Source of the DNA: a virus
Length of the DNA: 16,115 bases
UHGV virus genome: UHGV-1642828
Strand: one strand, 5' to 3'
The translations under genes and the position numbers were made by a program. Below are positions 1-7,383 of the stretch, in pieces. A model generated the notes under the pieces. The model searched no databases. It was not told where the DNA came from and saw only the letters and a program-made list of their open reading frames with translations. Position 1 is the first letter of the stretch; each line of letters opens with the position of its first letter.

Positions 1-45
1 ACACCTCTCTATTCGTCGGCAGCGTCAGATGTGTATAAGAGACAG
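1..45. other. Illumina Nextera adapter remnant (P5 tail ACAC + 8-nt index CTCTCTAT + TCGTCGGCAGCGTC + Tn5 mosaic end AGATGTGTATAAGAGACAG)
   Basis: Exact match to the recalled Nextera read-1/i5 adapter structure, and its reverse complement sits at the other contig end. Confidence 0.9.
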
Positions 46-428
46 ATGTAACAATCAATTTCTAAAGATACCCCCAACATTGCCAGACAACCGTCAATAA
101 ACCCTTCAGCTTTCTGCAGTCTGATAACAACCTGATTAAGTGATATCCCCAGTTTTACCCCCAACGCCCGTAATGTAACCCCATACACATAATACATTTC
201 CAGTAATTCGTATTGATACGGTTCCTTTTTCTTAAGAACTGTCATCGCAGAGCTAATGATCAGGCCATCGTCATCGCTACATTGCGGGCGGGATTTTACT
301 TTCGAAGGAATTAATCCCTTAAAACCTGCAGCAACAGATGACCATTCCACATCCTCGTGATTATTTGCCACCCATGCCCCCCAACGTTCAAGAACCATTT
401 GAATATCACGCATCAACTTTCTCCACAA
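46..428 (-). CDS. Phage antitermination protein Q-like (lambdoid late-gene antiterminator), 3' end truncated by adapter
   Basis: The ORF 9..428 translates to MWRKLMRDIQMVLERWGAWVANNHEDVEW...RLQKAEGFIDG, resembling recalled Q proteins of Qin/DLP12-type prophages. The last residues [11 protein letters not shown] are translated adapter, so the true C-terminus and stop are missing. It is the last gene of the minus-strand early operon, as expected for Q. Confidence 0.65.
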
Positions 429-430
429 AA

Positions 431-1426
431 TCAGGCCAGCACGCCTATTGCCAGCGCACGATCGATAAAACGAAATATCAGCTCCAGCTGGGAGCCATAC
501 TTCTCTTCAAATGCCACGGTATCCGCATGCAGCTCGTCGTGATGCTTTCTGCACAAAGGCAACACAAAGAGGTCATGCGCTTTTGTACCCATTCCCCCCT
601 GACCGTGGCCTATCAGGTGGTGGGGATCATCAGCAGGCTTTCCACAACATGCACACGGCTGTGTCTTAACCCAGCGCGTGTACTTTTCATTAACCCAGCG
701 GCGACGTTTTGGGCGTAACATAAAAGACTCCGGCGACTCCGGATCCACTTTCAGCGCCAGCACCTTTTTCGCCTTATCCTGGATGATGCTGGTGGCAGGA
801 ACCGAAGGCACAAGGTCACTTTCCCGGGTGACAGACGGCACAACAGGCTTCGGTAATCTCAGTGCCTTACGGGCTGCACTTTCCGGTAAGGCATCCGCCA
901 GGTCATTACGAATCAGCCACCAGCACAGTTCCGGCATTGTCACGGCATGGTTATCATCAAAACCGAGATCCAGACGGACTACAGACAACACCCAGCGGGC
1001 ACAGTTATCCGTTGCCATTGATTCCAGCCGTTCCGTGAACTGATCGCGCAGCTGGTTATCGCAGTGCCAGCACAGACGGATCGCGCCCGGCGCGTGTCGC
1101 ATTGTGGTCATGTTCTCGCTGTGCCAGTCGGAATGAGGCCACTGGCAGCCTTTTTCACGAAGTAACCAGCTTTCAAGACATTCCACGCCACCAGCACGAC
1201 GGATCACTGCCTCATTGCGGAACACGGCCCTAACGGCAGGATCATCCGCCAGCGGTTGTGATGCCGCCGGAACGGCACCACTGGCGAAAGATGAATAACG
1301 TTCCGGCTCAGGCTCCAGCAGGACACGCCCCTGCATAAACAGGGGCATCAGCTCTGAACCTGGTCTGAACAATACAATCCCCATACGCGGGGCTATTTCA
1401 GGGGTCAGTAGTGCTCTCACGGTCAC
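431..1426 (-). CDS. DUF968-family phage protein (YdfU-like) with C-terminal Cys/His-rich HNH-like zinc motif
   Basis: 331-aa ORF whose C-terminus reads CACCGKPADDPHHLIGHGQGGMGTKAHDLFVLPLCRKHHDELH. It sits immediately upstream of Q, as DUF968 genes do in Qin-like prophages. Its stop is 2 nt from the Q start. Confidence 0.6.
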   Translation of the reverse strand: MTVRALLTPEIAPRMGIVLFRPGSELMPLFMQGRVLLEPEPERYSSFASGAVPAASQPLADDPAVRAVFRNEAVIRRAGGVECLESWLLREKGCQWPHSDWHSENMTTMRHAPGAIRLCWHCDNQLRDQFTERLESMATDNCARWVLSVVRLDLGFDDNHAVTMPELCWWLIRNDLADALPESAARKALRLPKPVVPSVTRESDLVPSVPATSIIQDKAKKVLALKVDPESPESFMLRPKRRRWVNEKYTRWVKTQPCACCGKPADDPHHLIGHGQGGMGTKAHDLFVLPLCRKHHDELHADTVAFEEKYGSQLELIFRFIDRALAIGVLA

Positions 1427-1427
1427 C

Positions 1428-2237
1428 TCAATGAACGGTATCGAGCAGCTTTAACAGCTCAGGGAATCGGGATTCGAAGAAATGCGGCTGCGTCTCACGC
1501 GGATTTGCGGGACTGGTGATGTTCTTGCCGAACATGCAGCCTTTCGCCGTCAGCGACCAGAATTTTTTGATGTTGTTAATCCCGGTACGGCTGTATCGTT
1601 CGCGCTGCTCGACGATCCCCAGCTTCACCATCTGGTGATATGCCTGATTAGCCGTCAGGCGGATACCATACTGCTTCAGCAGTGCACTCAGCGACAGCGT
1701 CGGGCGGCTTGAGCCATCAGGCGCGTCAGCAGGTGCATCAATGGCATAGCGCGGTGCCAGATTCGGTAAGCCAACAGCCTCCTGGAGTTTCTGACAGGCC
1801 CCAAGCACAGATGAGTTAGACAGATTTAACTCCCGGCGCATAAAGTCCAGCAGAATCACGCCAGCCTGCATCTTGTCAGCAGCCTGTCCGGATAATTTTT
1901 CCGGTGCGCTGGTTACCATATCGAAAGTACGGATCACCTTCAGATGGAATGACGGGCTGATCCACATTGCATAGGCATACACCAGTTCCTTACAGACATA
2001 CGTTCCCCGTTCATTTCCCCCATGAATCACACTCACCGGGTCAACACCCAAATTCTGGGTGTTGGTTAATTCATGAACAAGCTCAACAGTTTGTTGGCTG
2101 GAAAGAAACTTTCCTGGCTCCTTGGTTCTGGCATTTGCACCAGATGCTACTGCTGCGCGATGCAGATCGTTCAGGCTGTAACGCCCATAAGCATCACGAC
2201 GAACTTCAATACCATCAATAACCATCAGATTATTCAT
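1428..2237 (-). CDS. KilA-N domain protein (antirepressor-like)
   Basis: 269-aa ORF; the N-terminal ~100 aa contain VIDGIEVRRDAYGRYSLNDLHRAA ... GTYVCKELVYAYAMWISPSFHLKVI, matching the recalled KilA-N signature (GTWVH..LA..FA.WISP.F). Its stop is 2 nt from the next start. Confidence 0.65.
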   Translation of the reverse strand: MNNLMVIDGIEVRRDAYGRYSLNDLHRAAVASGANARTKEPGKFLSSQQTVELVHELTNTQNLGVDPVSVIHGGNERGTYVCKELVYAYAMWISPSFHLKVIRTFDMVTSAPEKLSGQAADKMQAGVILLDFMRRELNLSNSSVLGACQKLQEAVGLPNLAPRYAIDAPADAPDGSSRPTLSLSALLKQYGIRLTANQAYHQMVKLGIVEQRERYSRTGINNIKKFWSLTAKGCMFGKNITSPANPRETQPHFFESRFPELLKLLDTVH

Positions 2238-2256
2238 ACTTCGTTTCTCCTCTTAA

Positions 2257-2646
2257 TCAGGCGGCTGCACCCGCCGTTTTCTCGTACTTACTGATAGTGA
2301 TTTCGACCTTCCCTTCCGGGATAACCGGCCCCCACTCCACCAGCATTCTTTTCACCTGGCTGTCGTCCACCCACACACCCGCGTGGGTCAGGGCGTCAAA
2401 CAGCGCCTTGTTATAGTTGTCCAGATCGCGAAGCCGGTTATCCGGAGGAAACAACACGATCTCCACTGAAGCTGGTGCCGACGTTGGTTTCGGCAGACGA
2501 CGTAACTGCTCAATGATGGCTGCACACGCTGCGCTCTGGAATTTTCGCCCCGCCTCGCTTATCAGGCTCTTACCAGCAAATGCCCCTTTGTTGGGGTGTC
2601 GCCAGTACGTGTTCACACTGGGCGGGAAAGGAAGGATCAACTTCAT
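2257..2646 (-). CDS. rusA: Crossover junction endodeoxyribonuclease RusA (Holliday junction resolvase)
   Basis: 129-aa ORF with LPFPPSVNTYWRH ... RDLDNYNKALFDALTHAGVWVDDSQV, very close to the E. coli RusA pattern (LPWPPSNNRYY ... [26 protein letters not shown]). Its start overlaps the upstream stop (ATGA). Confidence 0.85.
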   Translation of the reverse strand: MKLILPFPPSVNTYWRHPNKGAFAGKSLISEAGRKFQSAACAAIIEQLRRLPKPTSAPASVEIVLFPPDNRLRDLDNYNKALFDALTHAGVWVDDSQVKRMLVEWGPVIPEGKVEITISKYEKTAGAAA

Positions 2647-2969
2647 ACTTTCAAGCCCCTCTCATGTAACCAGTGGGCTGCACGCAACCTGGCGTTCTCC
2701 TCACCGGCAAGCAGTGCGCGGATGATACCGACCGCTTCGCTGTCGTCGTCCTTCACTGCGGTATGAAGCGTGATCCCCCGGGCCACGCCACGCTTTATCG
2801 TGATGACGCCTTTTTTCTCCAGTGCGCGAAGATGCTCCACCGCTGCATTCACTGAACGGTATCCCAGCATGGTTGCCACCTCCTGATTGGTTGGCGGGAA
2901 GCCACGTTCTTTCTGGTAAGAAATCAGCATATCCAGCACCTGCTGCTGGCATTGAGTTAACGTCGTCAT
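2643..2969 (-). CDS. LexA DNA-binding-domain protein without a peptidase domain
   Basis: 108-aa ORF whose N-terminal 70 aa align position by position with the LexA N-terminal winged helix (LT..QQ.V.D.I......G.PPT..E.A..LG.RS.NAA.EHL.AL..KGVI.I..G..RGI.L). There is no Ala-Gly/Ser/Lys S24 domain. It is translationally coupled to the methyltransferase upstream and rusA downstream. Confidence 0.6.
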   Translation of the reverse strand: MTTLTQCQQQVLDMLISYQKERGFPPTNQEVATMLGYRSVNAAVEHLRALEKKGVITIKRGVARGITLHTAVKDDDSEAVGIIRALLAGEENARLRAAHWLHERGLKV

Positions 2970-3619
2970 GCCGCCATCTCCCTGACCAGTTTTTCCGCCT
3001 GCTGGCGAACCTGCGCCAGAAACGCCTCACCACATGCCTCAAGTTCATCACGCCCGATGTAGCTGATTGCCGGTCCCTTCCAGGTCTTGTCGAAAACAGC
3101 AATAGCGCCAGCGAAGAAAGCGCCTGTCGGCACCTGCTTATCGTCCTTCGGGATAAACCAGGCAGGCAGTTCAAAACCAATACGCCCGCGAATAAAAGCA
3201 ATATGATCCGCATCTTCCGGCCACCACACTTCGCTGGTGGCAGCTTTGATCAGGAAAACATAGCGCCCGCCCTTATCACGCATGGCACTGGCATGTTTCA
3301 TGATGTAACGCATGCCGGTGATGTATTGCCCCTCATGCTGACTGGCGCGGCTGTATGGGGGATTACCAAAGGCAGCCCCTTTAAGCTCCGCAAGACGTTT
3401 TGACCAGTCATGCGCCAGCGCGTTGTCTTCCGCCGTGTAATACGCGGCACATTTGGCGTTATCACCGTCAGTGAACAGATCCAGAACAAACGGGCCAAAC
3501 AGGGTGTTAATTCCCCAGAAAATGTTGTCCGGCGTGCGCCACTGATCGCCCACTTCCTTCAGTTCATGGGCTGGTTTGTTCCGCAGTTCCACCAGCGCCT
3601 GGCAATATTTATTACTCAT
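2966..3619 (-). CDS. Phage DNA N6-adenine methyltransferase (Dam family)
   Basis: ORF with the FGNPPYS motif (NPPY catalytic motif IV of amino-methyltransferases). The longest ORF starts at 3652, but the ATG at 3619-3617 (MSNKYCQ...) overlaps the upstream stop as TAATG and is the more likely start. Confidence 0.7.
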   Translation of the reverse strand: MSNKYCQALVELRNKPAHELKEVGDQWRTPDNIFWGINTLFGPFVLDLFTDGDNAKCAAYYTAEDNALAHDWSKRLAELKGAAFGNPPYSRASQHEGQYITGMRYIMKHASAMRDKGGRYVFLIKAATSEVWWPEDADHIAFIRGRIGFELPAWFIPKDDKQVPTGAFFAGAIAVFDKTWKGPAISYIGRDELEACGEAFLAQVRQQAEKLVREMAA

Positions 3620-4113
3620 TAAGCCCCCACGTAATTCCCTGACAGATACCACTCTTCACCTGATGCAGCCCGCTTACTGCTTTTCCGTAAACACCGTTCA
3701 CGACGCGCCAGAAAATTGTTTCGTTCTGGCTGGGAGTGGCTTTCACGGAATGCCGCCATCCACACCGTTGCAGCACGACGGTATAAGCCCCTGGACTCCA
3801 GTTCTTCCGCCTGGCGGGTCAGGCACAAAATCACCCGCGGGTCGTTAGTGCCGACATAGAAATTGCGCACAGGTCTGGTTTCACGAACTGGTTGTGGTTC
3901 CGGATCCTGCGCTCTCTCAGTCAGGCGCTGGAAATGTCTGTGTGTATCTCCTTCACAACGGTGAGCCACACGACCACTCTGACGTAACTTGCTTGCTGAC
4001 TGCAGAACGCGCTGCCGTGAGTAACCTGCAAAAGCATCCGCAATGTCTCCGGAAGTACAGCCCGGATGGGCTTCAATGAATTTCTGAACGTCATTCAAAA
4101 GACTCATGCTCAC
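3619..4113 (-). CDS. Putative regulator: N-terminal winged-helix-like region plus C-terminal PerC-like motif
   Basis: 164-aa ORF. The C-terminal AEELESRGLYRRAATVWMAAF...RRERCLRK resembles the recalled PerC/Pch signature (A..LE..GLWRRAA..W ... R..CL). Its start overlaps the replication gene stop (ATGA). Confidence 0.4.
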   Translation of the reverse strand: MSMSLLNDVQKFIEAHPGCTSGDIADAFAGYSRQRVLQSASKLRQSGRVAHRCEGDTHRHFQRLTERAQDPEPQPVRETRPVRNFYVGTNDPRVILCLTRQAEELESRGLYRRAATVWMAAFRESHSQPERNNFLARRERCLRKSSKRAASGEEWYLSGNYVGA

Positions 4114-5051
4114 CCCCTGAATCCTGCCGGGATCTGGCTGTAGTCCACATTGTCGTAACTGGCTTTGAAGTACGGGTCTTCGCGTTTTTCTGTGTACGTG
4201 CTGACGGACGGCGATAAGCGCAGGGAAAGCTCATCCCATTTTTCCCGCAGCTTCGACGGGCTGAGCACGTTACGGCACCAGAACGGATCGCGGCTGACGC
4301 GGCTGTACATCTCGCAGATTTGTTTGTGAGTACGACCATCCTGCACACACATCAGGCGAATTTCGTTTGCCCAGGCTGTCCAGTTCGGTTCTTTGGGACG
4401 AACCACCTCGCCGTCACATTCGGCAGCCTGCTCGTACAGGGCGATGATTTTTTTCCAGAGCCACTGTGCGCAGGTCAAATCATCCTGCGTTCCCCACTGG
4501 CGCTTTTTAGGGCTGAATACAACCGCATCAGGATGGCAAGTTAAAAAATCCTGTTCAGCCGTCTGCGTGTCCGGTTGCGAAGCGTCCGGACGAGAAGGTT
4601 TTTTATCTGACGGATCATGTTTTGATTTTACTGACGGATCCCCGCCAGATTCTGACGGGTGAAAACCCGATTTTTTGCCAGATTTCGACGCATCAAATTT
4701 TGACGGGTCAGATTTTGATGCGTCAGATTTTGACGGGTCAGAATCTGACAGTTGAGAAAATGCCGCTGCCTGAAGCTTCGCAACGTTAAGCTGATAAACA
4801 TTCGACGCATTGCGGTTACCCTGGCGACGCGCCTTACGCGTTAACCAGCCTTCTGCTTCCAGCCGTGCGATAGCCGTTCTGACGGTGCTCATCCCCGCGC
4901 CAATCTGGCGGGCAATGGTTTCAATTGATGGCCAGCACATACCTTCGTCATTACTGAAATCAGCCAGGCGGGCCATAATTGCCACGCTGGATAATTTCAT
5001 ACCTGACGCTGCACAACCATCCCATACATAGCCGGTTAATTTAGTGCTCAT
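4110..5051 (-). CDS. Phage replication initiation protein (N-terminal HTH, Ser/Asp/Lys repeat linker, C-terminal domain)
   Basis: 313-aa ORF with an N-terminal HTH-like region (SIETIARQIGAGMSTVRTAIARLEAEGWL), a central DPSKSDASKSDPSKFDASKS repeat encoded by 15-bp tandem DNA repeats, and a conserved-looking C-terminal domain. It occupies the O-gene position after the cro/cII-like genes. Confidence 0.55.
   Translation of the reverse strand: MSTKLTGYVWDGCAASGMKLSSVAIMARLADFSNDEGMCWPSIETIARQIGAGMSTVRTAIARLEAEGWLTRKARRQGNRNASNVYQLNVAKLQAAAFSQLSDSDPSKSDASKSDPSKFDASKSGKKSGFHPSESGGDPSVKSKHDPSDKKPSRPDASQPDTQTAEQDFLTCHPDAVVFSPKKRQWGTQDDLTCAQWLWKKIIALYEQAAECDGEVVRPKEPNWTAWANEIRLMCVQDGRTHKQICEMYSRVSRDPFWCRNVLSPSKLREKWDELSLRLSPSVSTYTEKREDPYFKASYDNVDYSQIPAGFRG
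4602..4755. repeat. Iteron-like tandem repeats inside the replication gene (candidate origin)
   Basis: Four contiguous in-phase 15-bp units at 4681-4740 (GATTTCGACGCATCA, AATTTTGACGGGTCA, GATTTTGATGCGTCA, GATTTTGACGGGTCA), flanked by degenerate copies containing CTGACGG at 4605-4617, 4631-4640, 4651-4660 and 4741-4751. Confidence 0.5.
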
Positions 5052-5060
5052 GACCGACCC

Positions 5061-5399
5061 CTATTTCCCTGAATTTACGACGAAACTGTTCGAGCGGACT
5101 GAAGCATTCATGCTCATAGCCTTCACGGAGGTAGATAACACGTTGTGTTTCCGGCTCCCAACGAATGACTCTGACGGGCACTCAGTAGTGATCTTTGAAC
5201 CAGCGGTTAACTTGTTGCAAAGGACTGTCTCCTTCTGCCGGTTGAAATCACCCACAGCCCACTCGGCAAAGCTGTGGGTTACAATTTCCCTGTCACCTGG
5301 TACATTCACTGCATAGCAATACTCCACCTTCGCTTTTCCACCCGGTACAGGAAGCGCAATCAGTTGCGAGCGACGGTAGTGTGTTGTTAAACTGTTCAT
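5061..5399 (-). CDS. Hypothetical protein (small ORF between the YdaT-like and replication genes)
   Basis: 112-aa ORF whose start overlaps the ydaT-like stop (ATGA) and which ends 10 nt before the replication gene start. No family recognised. Confidence 0.4.
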   Translation of the reverse strand: MNSLTTHYRRSQLIALPVPGGKAKVEYCYAVNVPGDREIVTHSFAEWAVGDFNRQKETVLCNKLTAGSKITTECPSESFVGSRKHNVLSTSVKAMSMNASVRSNSFVVNSGK

Positions 5400-5980
5400 G
5401 CGTTAGTTTCTCCACAGTCACGACACGCCACGGCGCCCGGAGCTGCACACTCGCGGGCGTCATTACTTTCTGAAATGCAAAAGATTTTGTAGACCAGTGC
5501 TGCATGCTCCTGCAGCTTCGAAATTGAGAGATACAGCTCGTCGTTAATTGCTGTCTTCTCATGCGGTTCCACCACACCGTCTTCGATTGCCGAACGAATC
5601 TGTCTGGAATAACTGCCAATCTGTTCAATGACTTCCAGCAGGCGCTTGTTAATATCGGCGTTGTCCACATCCTCGACGTCAGGAAGAGACACAAAGACGC
5701 CATTTGCAGACTGCGCCACAGCGTCAGCAATGAAGTGAGTTCCACCAGCACGTTGCAAAACCATTGCCAATCCCAGCGGGAAAATCTGATCGCCATCGGC
5801 ACGAAGGCGGTTAAATAATGCGTTCTCTGTTACATCCAGCCAGTCAGCAGCTTCAGCGTAACCACCCGGCAACGCCGCGATAGTTTTTCTGACAGCTTTC
5901 ACGTACCACTCAGGCTGTTTTTCTACTTTCCAGTGATGCTTACCCACGGCTATCTCCTTAAAACTGTGGTTACTTTCCAT
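5396..5980 (-). CDS. YdaT-like protein (cII-position regulator of Rac-type prophages)
   Basis: 194-aa ORF immediately downstream of and overlapping the YdaS/Cro-like gene, in the same arrangement as ydaS-ydaT in the Rac prophage. Assignment is by synteny and general resemblance only. Confidence 0.5.
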   Translation of the reverse strand: MESNHSFKEIAVGKHHWKVEKQPEWYVKAVRKTIAALPGGYAEAADWLDVTENALFNRLRADGDQIFPLGLAMVLQRAGGTHFIADAVAQSANGVFVSLPDVEDVDNADINKRLLEVIEQIGSYSRQIRSAIEDGVVEPHEKTAINDELYLSISKLQEHAALVYKIFCISESNDARECAAPGAVACRDCGETNA

Positions 5981-6218
5981 CTGATAAGTCTTTAATCTTT
6001 TGAAAAATATCTGGACGTAATTTTTCTTTTGATACGCCAGTGGTCATTTCAATAAATATCGAGAGTTTTGCAGGGGGACGCTTTTCTCTGTTCAACCAGT
6101 TCCAGACATGTTGTTGCTTTACTAAACGACCACTGCTGGCTGTGAGCTTCCGAGCCAATTCTGATTGACCACCAGCCAGAGCGATTGCCTCTGATAAGGC
6201 TAATTGCTCAGGTGTCAT
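5970..6218 (-). CDS. Cro-like HTH regulator (YdaS/DUF1019-like)
   Basis: 82-aa ORF, first gene transcribed divergently from cI. It contains GGQSELARKL ... RLVKQQHVWNWL ... LRPDIF, resembling recalled YdaS. A GGAGA Shine-Dalgarno lies 6 nt upstream of the ATG. Confidence 0.65.
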   Translation of the reverse strand: MTPEQLALSEAIALAGGQSELARKLTASSGRLVKQQHVWNWLNREKRPPAKLSIFIEMTTGVSKEKLRPDIFQKIKDLSDGK

Positions 6219-6355
6219 AGCTTTCTCCTATCTGTAAGTAGTAAAGTTGTTGATAACTTCGATTATACAACTACAACAACTTTTATCACAACTTTTAGAT
6301 GTTGGAAAGCTAAAACATAAAGTTGTAACCTCAATAAAAACGAGGGGGATATGTT
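6219..6355. promoter_or_regulatory. Divergent promoter/operator region (OR-like) between the cro-like gene and cI
   Basis: 137-bp AT-rich spacer with repeated AAGTTGT / ACAACTT half-sites (6244-6259 AAGTTGTTGATAACTT; 6288-6304 ACAACTTTTAGATGTTG; 6320-6326). On the minus strand there is a perfect -10 TATAAT (plus 6262-6267) with TTGTGA as -35 (plus 6286-6291, 18-bp spacer), reading toward the cro-like gene. A possible weak cI promoter lies toward 6356. Confidence 0.6.
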
Positions 6356-7042
6356 GTGAAAACATTGGCAGAAAGACTAAAAAGCGAAAGAGAAAAAGCA
6401 GGAATGAGTCAGGCGCAACTAGCTGAAAAAATTGGGCTTTCACAACAATCCGTAGCGAAAATCGAGAATGGAGAAACTCAACAGCCTCGGAAAATTAAAG
6501 AGATTGCTAAAGTGTTAGGGGTTTCTCAAAAGTGGTTGCAATTGGGCATTGAGGATAACGCGTCTTTCCCAGACCTTGTTGTAAAGGAGGCTGAAAGTAC
6601 AGCATTAGATCCTGACATTTTTGCAAACATTCCAGTCCTAGATGTCGAGTTATCAGCGGGTAATGGATGTTTGGCTGAAATAGTTGAATCAACTGTAGAC
6701 TGGTTCCCGCTAAGAAGGATTGATTTAAGAAAAGCTGGTGTATGTGTCTCCAATGCAAAGATCGTAAAAATTTGGGGCAATAGTTTACTACCTGTACTTA
6801 ACAATGGAGATTTTGTTGCTGTTGATGTTTCCCAAACGGTTCCTATTCGTGATGGGGATCTTTATGCCATACGTGATGGCGTATTACTTAGAGTTAAAAT
6901 ATTGATCAATTTACCTGACGGTGGTCTGATTCTAAGAAGTTTCAATAAAGATGAGTATCCAGATGAAATACTCACCTTCGAAGATAGGCGTTCAAGAATT
7001 CACGTTATAGGTAGAGTATTCTGGTCATCGCGCACTTGGTAA
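6356..7042 (+). CDS. cI: cI-type prophage repressor (HTH XRE domain + LexA-like S24 autopeptidase domain)
   Basis: 228-aa ORF with a GTG start preceded by GAGGGGGA. It has an N-terminal HTH (MSQAQLAEKIGLSQQSVAKIENGE), an Ala-Gly cleavage site (LSAGNG), a Ser in GNSLLP and a Lys in LRVKIL, which is the LexA/cI autocleavage architecture. Confidence 0.85.
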   Translation: MKTLAERLKSEREKAGMSQAQLAEKIGLSQQSVAKIENGETQQPRKIKEIAKVLGVSQKWLQLGIEDNASFPDLVVKEAESTALDPDIFANIPVLDVELSAGNGCLAEIVESTVDWFPLRRIDLRKAGVCVSNAKIVKIWGNSLLPVLNNGDFVAVDVSQTVPIRDGDLYAIRDGVLLRVKILINLPDGGLILRSFNKDEYPDEILTFEDRRSRIHVIGRVFWSSRTW

Positions 7043-7225
7043 TGCATCAAAAAACCTTCCTTCAGAAATTTAGTTACCATTATTACCCGCCTTTTCAATC
7101 TTCCTCCCGTGATTTGAGAGTTTCCAATCACGGAAGGAAAGTGTCCCTTGTGTAATTAAAAGCGCATCGTCCATACAACCTCCTTTTTTGATAACCCTTG
7201 CCCTCATTTCACATCCGTCAAAACC

Positions 7226-7290
7226 ACATAAAGTTGTTGACAACAACCAAAACAACAACTAGATTACAACTTAAAGATGTTGCAGTAACG
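7226..7290. promoter_or_regulatory. OL/PL-like operator-promoter for the plus-strand early operon
   Basis: Consensus -35 TTGACA at 7237-7242 and -10 TAGATT at 7260-7265 (17-bp spacer). A perfect 13-bp palindrome TTGTTGACAACAA (7235-7247) overlaps the -35, and the 17-bp element ACAACTTAAAGATGTTG (7266-7282) at the start site matches the OR-region copy at 15 of 17 positions. Confidence 0.55.
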
Positions 7291-7383
7291 AACAGGCAGG
7301 ACGCCCACGAAGTAGCCGCCGGTGGCGTATGAATGACCGGATGATTCGCTGACAGAAAACTTAGGTTGGGGGTAGAGGTTTAC

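Noticed and set aside
338-1043. Plus-strand ORFs 338..718, 357..542 and 678..1043 overlapping the Q-like and DUF968 genes
   Set aside because: They lie antisense to long, translationally coupled minus-strand genes with recognisable protein signatures. Their translations are low-complexity and have no ribosome-binding sites. Likely shadow ORFs.
2701-3403. ORFs 2701..3213 (minus, 170 aa) and 2822..3403 (plus, 193 aa) overlapping the LexA-like and methyltransferase genes
   Set aside because: They are alternative frames of regions already explained by genes with clear motifs (NPPY, LexA NTD). Their translations are Arg/Ser-rich and low-complexity.
4091-4810. ORFs 4091..4348, 4320..4544, 4393..4662 and 4628..4810 inside the replication gene
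   Set aside because: They overlap the 313-aa replication ORF, and the 4628..4810 ORF is simply the tandem repeat read in another frame (QNLT repeats). Artefacts of repeat and frame.
5250-5279. 9-bp inverted repeat (ACCCACAGC ... GCTGTGGGT) inside the 112-aa ORF
   Set aside because: It is an isolated short palindrome within coding sequence with no flanking signal. Plausibly chance.
7070-7258. 62-aa minus-strand ORF between cI and the OL-like operators
   Set aside because: Its start codon lies inside the operator/promoter palindromes, there is no Shine-Dalgarno, and the translation is not protein-like. The region is better explained as regulatory DNA.
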